Shown: in pieces, positions 8,599 to 15,090 of the stretch
How the letters are laid out: the number at the start of each line of letters is the position of its first letter
Numbering within the stretch: the stretch's first letter is position 1
Source of the DNA: a virus
Taxonomy: Duplodnaviria > Heunggongvirae > Uroviricota > Caudoviricetes
Virus record (IMG/VR): IMGVR_UViG_2778261639_000008
Span: 1-15,090 of that record
Length of the DNA stretch: 15,090 nucleotides
Direction: 5' to 3' (one strand)
Translations under genes and position numbers: made by a program
Notes under the pieces: model-generated
What the model saw: the letters and a program-made list of their open reading frames with translations, nothing else
What the model was told of the DNA's origin: nothing
Databases searched by the model: none

Positions 8599-8719
8599 CA
8601 GAATATTATCCTGATAAATGCGATTGGCCAGCCTTGGCGCCCACGGTAAAAAAATGGTTAAAGCGCACTTTCGCAGATGAATATTCCAGATTTTTAAAAA
8701 TGAATTCGGAGTTTGATCT

Positions 8720-9193
8720 ATGCGTGGTGGTGCAACGTTAGATACAAAAGGTTTTGACCGGGTTTTACGCCAGCGAATCAAGGGATTGGCAGGCGTAAAA
8801 CTGACTGTTGGTATTCACCGGGGAAAAACCAATAACGGCGTTGATGTGGCGCTTTATGGGGCATGGAATAACTTTGGTACTAAAAACGCGATGGGCTGGG
8901 AATTAATACCCGAACGTCCGTTTATGAGATTTGCATCAGACCGCATAGCCGACTGGATGAGGTCAAGCGAGTACAGAGATATTTTACGTGACGTAGCGCT
9001 TGGAAGAATAACACCTCAGCAAGCTATAGCCAGAATCGGCGCTAAAGCCGTGTCGATTACCCGCAAGACTATAGCTGACTCCGCACTATACAAACCTAAC
9101 TCAGATATCACCATCGCCCGGAAAGGGAGCACTAAACCGCTGATACATAGCGGGGTACTCATTCAGACCGTAAATTACAGGGCTTTTTCATGA
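8720..9193 (+). CDS. Putative head closure / neck protein
   Basis: 157-aa ORF with GGAG at 8708-8711; first in-frame start after the stop at 8714. Its stop overlaps the next gene start (ATGA). Confidence 0.5.
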   Translation: MRGGATLDTKGFDRVLRQRIKGLAGVKLTVGIHRGKTNNGVDVALYGAWNNFGTKNAMGWELIPERPFMRFASDRIADWMRSSEYRDILRDVALGRITPQQAIARIGAKAVSITRKTIADSALYKPNSDITIARKGSTKPLIHSGVLIQTVNYRAFS

Positions 9194-9543
9194 GACGATT
9201 AATCAAATTCTGGCAACCACTCCCTATTGAAATTGTGGGCGGCATGGTTCGCCAGGCATATTCAGAACAGAAAACAGCATTTCTCAGCATGCAGCCTGTC
9301 GATGGTGGCGGCTCCTTCCGTGCGTATCTTGCAGCACGTAAGCCTCAAGACTACATGGAGGCTATCGGGGAAGCTGATTTAGCAGTAACCGAGGAAGGCG
9401 AACATAACGGCGCTATCGTGCATTGTGCTGGCAAATATTATGAGGTGGTACAACGTCAGGAATGGCAGAACGGCGTCATTAGCCACTACGAGTATTTGTT
9501 ATTTGGCATGAAAGAAAAAGACGCATTAGAGTTGGTGGAATAA
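9190..9543 (+). CDS. Putative tail completion / neck protein
   Basis: 117-aa ORF translationally coupled on both sides (ATGA upstream, TAATG downstream). Confidence 0.5.
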   Translation: MRRLIKFWQPLPIEIVGGMVRQAYSEQKTAFLSMQPVDGGGSFRAYLAARKPQDYMEAIGEADLAVTEEGEHNGAIVHCAGKYYEVVQRQEWQNGVISHYEYLLFGMKEKDALELVE

Positions 9544-10325
9544 TGAGTATCTATACGGTTAAATTAATGACCGTTTTTGGGGAGGTCGATTATTCAGATT
9601 ACCATGCTGAGAAAGCGACTTTCACCGACAACGGAAACAGCAAGGATATCTTATTCACGCCATATAACGGGCGAGATCCATCTTTCATTACTTCGCTCAT
9701 TCTGGATGATGGTAACGGCAACAGCATTACCATTCCGGCAAATTTCCGCCTTGATGTGGGAAATGTCGTTAAGTTTCCCAAAGGGACGTTAAAAGAGACT
9801 GACGCTCAGGCTACACCATTGATATTAAGTGGCGCACCTTATCTTGCTATGGTTAGGCTTCGTCAGGCATTTCTTGAGCTAACAGGCGATAAACCACTAT
9901 ACGCCCAGCAAAAGCTACCAGAGCCTAAAGACCCGTTTACCGCCATTCATTTGCTTTCGTCAGCGCGTGAGCCGCAACCATTCGCCAAAACGTGGGACGG
10001 CGACTACAGGGTGTATCACTATAACTGTGCCGCTCAAATTATTGCGATTCGCTCATCTGATGACGCTCAGGCATATCTAGAAAACTTTCTTTATGAGATC
10101 GATTCAACTGAGGGGGAATTCTGGCAGTTTGATAACAACTGTTCTATTGACCGCTCAGGCGATTTCGAGAATAGCTCACCTCTAATTGATAACCTCGTTT
10201 ATCAGCAAATGGCACAGGTGACATTAACCCTGCAATTTGTTTTCCAGCACTACAAAAAAGAGCGCTGGATTGATAGCGCAACAGTGAAAGCGAACGAGGT
10301 TACGTTCCATATCAAGGGTGCATAA
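9543..10325 (+). CDS. Phage structural protein upstream of the sheath gene (tail terminator/sheath initiator candidate), function unknown
   Basis: 260-aa ORF immediately preceding the sheath gene (stop TAA at 10323-10325, next ATG at 10326). Confidence 0.5.
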   Translation: MSIYTVKLMTVFGEVDYSDYHAEKATFTDNGNSKDILFTPYNGRDPSFITSLILDDGNGNSITIPANFRLDVGNVVKFPKGTLKETDAQATPLILSGAPYLAMVRLRQAFLELTGDKPLYAQQKLPEPKDPFTAIHLLSSAREPQPFAKTWDGDYRVYHYNCAAQIIAIRSSDDAQAYLENFLYEIDSTEGEFWQFDNNCSIDRSGDFENSSPLIDNLVYQQMAQVTLTLQFVFQHYKKERWIDSATVKANEVTFHIKGA

Positions 10326-11684
10326 ATGGCGAATTTAAGCAGGCTTTTTAGTGTGAAAATTGGACGGCAAACAACAGCCGCCCAATATGGCGTTTTCGGT
10401 GTGGGGATTATCCTTGCACCGGGCGCAGCGTTTTTTGGTTTGAAGTATTCGACCTATGAAAGCGCAAAAGTAGAAAATTTCAAAGACCTGTACCGGGTTT
10501 ACACCAGTGCTGATGATGCGATTTCTGACGGCGTGAGTGGTGATAACCTGCTGGCGGTTCAGGCTTATTTCTCGCAGAGTCCATCACCAGACACACTCGT
10601 TGTAGGCGATTTTTCCGCAGCCTACAGCAAGGCCATGATTAAATTGACTGATGTTCCGGTTGTTGGTGCTCCAGCGGGCATAAAAGCGACCATTGGCTAT
10701 GTAAAGGGCGATGAATATCGTTATGCGAAATTTAACGGCACTGCATGGTCAGGAAGCACAGGGGTAGCGACTGATATCGTTGCTGATTCTGGCGCAGCAG
10801 GTCAGTTTCTTGTCGATGGGCGCATTGTTTATCTGGAAGGTGCGGAAGTCGTTCACAAATCATCTGTCGTACTGTCGGCGGCAGCTAGCCAGGCAATTGC
10901 AGCCATAAAGAACCAGTATAACAAGTTCTTCATGCTCATGACCCCATCACGCGACCTTTCAATTCAGAAAGTGATTGCTGACTGGACTGAATCGCAGATT
11001 GATAAAATGGCAGTATTTATTGATGACTATTCATCGCCAACATGGGCGACGGACAACATCACTAAATATATCTTTGAAAAAAATATTGCAGGTTCGTTTG
11101 CAGTATCAACCAAACGAGAAAAGAACTTCCTTGATGCTGCTCTGGCTGGTCGCTGTCTGGTTATGCAACCGGGCTCAGAAACATGGGCGCTTAAGACGCT
11201 TAATGCTGTACAAGCCGATGACTTTACCGAAACTGATTACCAGAAAATCAAGGCACTCAACGGTAACACGTTTGAGGATTACGGTTCCGGCATCACGGTA
11301 ACTTATCCGGGTACGTGTGGTGACGGTGAGTCGATTGAGGTTGTGCGCTTTGCTTACTGGCAGGCTGACCGCATGCAAAAAGACCTCGCAACGCTCTTTG
11401 TGAACCGTAACAAAGTTGGTCACGACATGCCGGGGTATGAAGTCGTTTGTAACAAAATGGAAAGCTCGCTTAAAGCAGGTCAGACTGCTGGCGGTATTCT
11501 GGAAAACTTTACCGACGAAAACGGAGATTATGTCCGTGGATATGAGGTTATCCGTCCAACAATGGCAGAAGTCAGCGCGACCCAGCGCATCAAAGGCGAC
11601 CTGACCGTTAAATTCAGATTCTATCTTCGCTACGCCATCAAGCATGTAGATGCTGTTGGTTCCGCACTGACCTACGGGATTTAA
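10326..11684 (+). CDS. Putative tail sheath protein
   Basis: 452-aa ORF immediately upstream of a ~140-aa tube-sized gene, a chaperone and the tape measure gene: the canonical contractile-tail order. Possibly DUF3383-type, not verified. Confidence 0.65.
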   Translation: MANLSRLFSVKIGRQTTAAQYGVFGVGIILAPGAAFFGLKYSTYESAKVENFKDLYRVYTSADDAISDGVSGDNLLAVQAYFSQSPSPDTLVVGDFSAAYSKAMIKLTDVPVVGAPAGIKATIGYVKGDEYRYAKFNGTAWSGSTGVATDIVADSGAAGQFLVDGRIVYLEGAEVVHKSSVVLSAAASQAIAAIKNQYNKFFMLMTPSRDLSIQKVIADWTESQIDKMAVFIDDYSSPTWATDNITKYIFEKNIAGSFAVSTKREKNFLDAALAGRCLVMQPGSETWALKTLNAVQADDFTETDYQKIKALNGNTFEDYGSGITVTYPGTCGDGESIEVVRFAYWQADRMQKDLATLFVNRNKVGHDMPGYEVVCNKMESSLKAGQTAGGILENFTDENGDYVRGYEVIRPTMAEVSATQRIKGDLTVKFRFYLRYAIKHVDAVGSALTYGI

Positions 11685-11686
11685 TT

Positions 11687-12115
11687 ATGTATTTAGGCAA
11701 TATGTCCTCAAAAGACTGGCTGATTACCGTAGGCGTTGTCCCGGTAATTGGCCTGGCGAAAGACAGCAACATCATCGTTGAAGTACCAGACGACCAGATT
11801 ACTGTTTCATCTGGCATCGGCGGTGACTGGTCATTTATTGAGAATCCTAGCGAGGAAGGCTCAGTAACATTCACCACGCAGCGTAATTCCCCGGTAAATA
11901 CCGCGCTGGCGCTGATGCAAAAAACAAAGGCCGTCATCCCTGTAACCGTAACCAATACGCGCAATCTTTCCGTGCACCGGCTGGGCTATGCGATGTTTGC
12001 CCGTCAGCCGTCTGATGGTGCAAATAACGGCGTCGGAGCGCAAACGCTGGAATGGAAACTCCTGACGGGTGAGCTTGATTCAACGATTCTTGGGGTGAAT
12101 TTAACCAATGGATGA
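11687..12115 (+). CDS. Putative tail tube protein
   Basis: 142-aa ORF between the sheath and chaperone genes; size and position fit a tube protein. Confidence 0.6.
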   Translation: MYLGNMSSKDWLITVGVVPVIGLAKDSNIIVEVPDDQITVSSGIGGDWSFIENPSEEGSVTFTTQRNSPVNTALALMQKTKAVIPVTVTNTRNLSVHRLGYAMFARQPSDGANNGVGAQTLEWKLLTGELDSTILGVNLTNG

Positions 12116-12593
12116 TTCAATCAAACACGTAGAAATTAACGGGCAAAAATACTGCATCATCCGTATGAGCGCCTTTGATGCAGTTCACTTCAACTTGCGT
12201 GTAGCTGAAATTCTGGCGAAACATGGTATCAGCCAGGTAGAAAGCATCCTTTCTATGTCGTCGAAAATCTTCGGTATGCTCAACCGCGAAGACCACGACG
12301 AATTGCTGTTTACGCTGCTTTCAAAGTCACGCGCCCAACTGGTGGATAACGGCGAATTTCTGGATTCTTGGGATGTAGTTAACACCAATTTCACCGCAGC
12401 AAACATTGCTGATGTGTATCTGGTGGCGCTTGAGTGCCTTAAATTGTCCATTCTTCCGGTAACAGCAGGGTTAAAAAAAAATATTGGGCTGGACACAGCG
12501 GCAACAATGCAGGGAGCCATGCGGCAACTGTTCAACGCCTTGCTGAAAACCTTGACCGAACCATCCGCACAGAGCTCGTCATCTGGCGAGTGA
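12108..12593 (+). CDS. Tail assembly chaperone, short (G-like) form
   Basis: 161-aa ORF immediately upstream of the tape measure gene, overlapping the tube gene stop. Contains the A9 slippery run at 12473-12481. Confidence 0.65.
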   Translation: MDDSIKHVEINGQKYCIIRMSAFDAVHFNLRVAEILAKHGISQVESILSMSSKIFGMLNREDHDELLFTLLSKSRAQLVDNGEFLDSWDVVNTNFTAANIADVYLVALECLKLSILPVTAGLKKNIGLDTAATMQGAMRQLFNALLKTLTEPSAQSSSSGE

Positions 12594-12724
12594 TTGAAAG
12601 CGGCCTGATTAGCTACGATGCCGTAGCGTCAGGCCGCGCCTCCTTCGATTCCATTATGAGAGCCTCCGCCGTTATCCAGTTCGATAACGCGGTTCAACAC
12701 GCGCTTAGTAAGGTGAAAAAATGA
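12108..12724 (+). CDS. Tail assembly chaperone, predicted -1 frameshift (GT-like) extended form
   Basis: The -1 frame is open from 12443 to the TGA at 12722-12724 with no start codon near its 5' end, and it is entered exactly at the A AAA AAA heptamer within the A9 run (12473-12481). The extension reads ...YWAGHSGNNAGSHAATVQRLAENLDRTIRTELVIWRVIESGLISYDAVASGRASFDSIMRASAVIQFDNAVQHALSKVKK and ends overlapping the tape measure ATG at 12721. Confidence 0.55.
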
Positions 12725-14676
12725 CAGACCAGTCAGCCGATCTCGTAACGAAAATTGACGTAATCCCCGAACTGGAGGGATTAAACAGTTTTGACGCAGC
12801 CATAGAGCGCGCAATTGCCAAAGTAAACCAGCTTGACGCAGCCATTAAGCGCGTTAACAACCTGAAACCCGCCAGCCCATATGCGCCAGCCAGTACCGCC
12901 AGTGCGCCATCTGTAGCAACAACGGCAGCAGTAGCGACAATAGCCGCCACAGGCGCAAATCTGGTTAGCCGGACGCCATTAGCCGATACAGTTAGAAAAG
13001 AGGCTCAGAAGCTCGCACGTGCAGCCGTAGAGGGTGCGGGGAATGGCGTTGCCGGATTATTACCGCCACCAGTACGTCAATTTGCTGGTGGAGGAGGTGG
13101 TTTAATGTTGCCACCTCCGGGCGGAGCTAATTGGTCTGCTGGTCGTGCTGGTGGTTTAGTCGATCCAAATGCCGGTAATCCATTTACCCGATACGATACA
13201 TCTATCAAAAGTTTCTCCGGGGAAGCGCTGGAGGCAAAAAAGAAACCTGTTGCAGAGGGTGCAGAGAAAGCGACACGCAATCCATTTGGTGTTGATAGCA
13301 TGCTGGCTGGCGCGGGGCTGACGGCGGGTATTGTCGCCGCTGGTAATGCTCTGGCAGACAGCCTTGACTCTATCCAACGCCAACAGGCACAAATTGCGCG
13401 TCTGGCACAGACTACAGGGGATGCAAAAGAGGCATTTTTTGCCCTTAACGCGGCGGCAAGCGACGTTAGAAGCGACAGCGGGGCGTTTATCTCCACCTAT
13501 ACGAATATGGCGACAGCAACACAAAAATTAGGGTTGTCGCAGGAAAGAACAATAACCGCAACACAGGGGCTTGTTGGGGCGCTGCAATTAGGCGGGGGCA
13601 GTGCTGATGCAGTAAATGCAGCGCTTTATCAAATGGGGCAGGCATTTTCATCAGACCGTTTCGGCGGCGATGAATTCCGCTCATTCATGGAAGCGATAGG
13701 GACGATGGCACCGAAAGTAGCTGAGGCGTTTGGTACAGACGTTAAAGGACTCCGCGAAATGTCAGAAAAAGGGAAGCTGACCTCAGAAACCATGATTAAA
13801 GCCTTTGAAAAGCTGGCGGCGAGCAACATAGATTTGTTGAAAAAACAGGGCTGGACGTGGGGGCAGACAATGACAGTCATGAAAAATGACTGGCAAGCCT
13901 TCTTAGCTCAGGCAACCATCGGCGGCGAGTGGCAAAAATTTACCGATTGGGCGGCAAATACCTTAATTCCACTGGCGAGGAAAGCCGAGAAAGAAGTTGC
14001 AGAGTTTTGGTCTACCCTGGCTGATGAAAGTAAAACAGCTATTCTCATTGGGATTCTTGGCGCTGTTGGCGCGGCATTTACCGCGCTGGCAGTTCCGGTT
14101 ATGGCGGCGCTTTGGCCTTTCCTCGCCATTGGCGCGGCTGTCTGGCTGGTCTATGAGGCTTTTGTTGAGTGGAAAGCTTGGTTGAATGGTGAAGGTGGAA
14201 CCATCTTTGATAGCTTATTCGGTAGTTTTGATGAATTTGAAAAGCGTTATCCAAATTTAATATCTGCTCTCAGAACTATTGTTAAATTAGCAAGCAAAGC
14301 AGCGATAAGCGTTAATTCTGCGACAAAAGACGATGAAAGTGATGGTGTTTTCATTGATGCGATTGAAAGTCCGTTGTCAGCAGTGGTTAATGGCTTATAT
14401 AACTTAACACCATTAGCCCCCACAGTTAGAGCGCTAAGTGGGTTAAATGATATGTTTGACCTGAATCCTCTACCGGGCATAGAAAACACACTAGGTTTAA
14501 TGCCTTCTTCCTCAACTACAGGGAGTCAGACCATTAGCAATAGTGGTAATAAGACTACGCACATTCATGTTAACAGTGGTAAGGAAGCCGCTGAAACTTT
14601 GAATAATATCAATGATACAGGAAACACCTACGGGAATATTGATGGTAATATTGCAGAATCGACAGGCGCGAGATAA
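12721..14676 (+). CDS. Tail tape measure protein
   Basis: 651-aa ORF downstream of the chaperone pair, with a tape-measure-type core (ATQGLVGALQLGGGSADAVNAALYQMGQAFSSDRFGGDEFRSFMEAIG), Ala/Gly/Pro-rich low-complexity N-terminal linkers, and an internal hydrophobic segment (ILIGILGAVGAAFTALAVPVMAALWPFLAIGAAVWLVY). Confidence 0.85.
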   Translation: MTDQSADLVTKIDVIPELEGLNSFDAAIERAIAKVNQLDAAIKRVNNLKPASPYAPASTASAPSVATTAAVATIAATGANLVSRTPLADTVRKEAQKLARAAVEGAGNGVAGLLPPPVRQFAGGGGGLMLPPPGGANWSAGRAGGLVDPNAGNPFTRYDTSIKSFSGEALEAKKKPVAEGAEKATRNPFGVDSMLAGAGLTAGIVAAGNALADSLDSIQRQQAQIARLAQTTGDAKEAFFALNAAASDVRSDSGAFISTYTNMATATQKLGLSQERTITATQGLVGALQLGGGSADAVNAALYQMGQAFSSDRFGGDEFRSFMEAIGTMAPKVAEAFGTDVKGLREMSEKGKLTSETMIKAFEKLAASNIDLLKKQGWTWGQTMTVMKNDWQAFLAQATIGGEWQKFTDWAANTLIPLARKAEKEVAEFWSTLADESKTAILIGILGAVGAAFTALAVPVMAALWPFLAIGAAVWLVYEAFVEWKAWLNGEGGTIFDSLFGSFDEFEKRYPNLISALRTIVKLASKAAISVNSATKDDESDGVFIDAIESPLSAVVNGLYNLTPLAPTVRALSGLNDMFDLNPLPGIENTLGLMPSSSTTGSQTISNSGNKTTHIHVNSGKEAAETLNNINDTGNTYGNIDGNIAESTGAR

Positions 14677-14686
14677 GGAATAAGCG

Positions 14687-14953
14687 ATGCCAAAAAATGA
14701 ATTTAAAAGCTTTGCAACATTCGAAACATTGATTACGCCAAAAATCATTACGATTGTATATTGGCTTGCCACGATACTACTTATCGTAGGTACTATTCTA
14801 AGCTGGTTGCAGCAGAGAGAAGGGGTAAGTATTAGCTTTGCTGTGTCACTTGTCGCAACAAGAGTTATTTTTGAGTTGATTATGGTTTCATTCAAGAATA
14901 ATGAATACCTTCGTAGAATCTGTGAGGCAGCAGAGGAAAAGAAAACAGAGTAG
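14687..14953 (+). CDS. Small two-transmembrane-helix membrane protein (moron; DUF4282-like)
   Basis: 88-aa ORF with AAGGAA 6 nt upstream of ATG 14687. Two hydrophobic helices (IITIVYWLATILLIVGTILSWL and VSISFAVSLVATRVIFELIMVSF) and a charged C-terminus. The FETLITPKIITIVYWL ... RVIFELIMVSF pattern resembles what I recall of DUF4282, unverified. Lies in an AT-rich block and is followed by a terminator. Confidence 0.6.
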   Translation: MPKNEFKSFATFETLITPKIITIVYWLATILLIVGTILSWLQQREGVSISFAVSLVATRVIFELIMVSFKNNEYLRRICEAAEEKKTE

Positions 14954-15018
14954 CCGCCAGCGGTCATGGCATGTTACCCACGCCGATAAGGTGTGAAAAT
15001 CCCCTCCACGTAGGTAAT

Positions 15019-15051
15019 GCCAGTCAGTTAAGCAACTGACTGGCTCTTTTT
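15019..15051 (+). terminator. Rho-independent terminator (perfect palindrome, potentially bidirectional)
   Basis: GCCAGTCAGTT (15019-15029), loop AAGC, AACTGACTGGC (15034-15044): a perfect 11-bp stem followed by TCTTTTT. Confidence 0.7.
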
Positions 15052-15090
15052 CGGGGCTGTGGGGTATTTCCAGGGCCTCTCCTTTACCAC

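Noticed and set aside
10975-11645. Plus-strand 108-aa and minus-strand 156-aa ORFs inside the sheath gene
   Set aside because: They are embedded in the sheath coding region in other frames with no independent support.
13077-13524. Two overlapping minus-strand ORFs (139 and 122 aa) inside the tape measure gene
   Set aside because: They lie antisense to the low-complexity Ala/Gly/Pro-rich part of the tape measure gene, and their translations are low-complexity (Ala-, Pro-, Cys- and Arg-rich). They are artefacts of biased composition.
14512-14967. 151-aa minus-strand ORF antisense to the small membrane protein gene
   Set aside because: The translation is dominated by I/S/N/L/T, as expected from reading AT-rich DNA in the wrong orientation. 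The plus-strand gene has a proper Shine-Dalgarno sequence and two clean transmembrane helices.
15052-15090. Possible tRNA, att site or convergent gene end after the final terminator
   Set aside because: Only ~40 nt remain, and I could not recognise any tRNA arm structure or repeat. It cannot be determined without the downstream sequence.
1-15090. CRISPR array, integrase, transposase or known defence-system genes
   Set aside because: I found no regularly spaced direct repeats and no ORF with recombinase, nuclease-helicase or other defence hallmarks. Every large ORF is accounted for by phage morphogenesis functions.

Overview
The window is almost entirely one tightly packed, co-directional (+ strand) late/morphogenesis operon of an enterobacterial-type tailed phage or prophage. 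The order is small terminase, large terminase (PBSX-type deviant Walker A LRGGRGSSKS), portal, Mu F-like head morphogenesis protein, scaffold-like protein, Ig-like (Big_2) decoration protein, putative major capsid protein, five small head-tail joining proteins, tail sheath, tail tube, tail assembly chaperone with a -1 frameshift extension, and tape measure protein. Most gene junctions overlap (ATGA, TAATG), indicating translational coupling. All family assignments are from reading the translations and gene order by eye; no searches were run. I see no defence system, CRISPR array, tRNA, integrase or transposase here. Three things fall outside the ordinary structural module. At the left edge there is a Hok/Gef-family type I toxin gene followed by a stack of three intrinsic terminator hairpins just upstream of the terminase. 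Inside the tail chaperone a run of nine A residues is positioned to give a G/GT-type -1 frameshift product that the ORF track cannot show. At the right edge a clearly AT-rich block covers the C-terminus of the tape measure gene and a small two-transmembrane protein gene, closed by a perfect-palindrome terminator, with no baseplate or fibre genes before the window ends.
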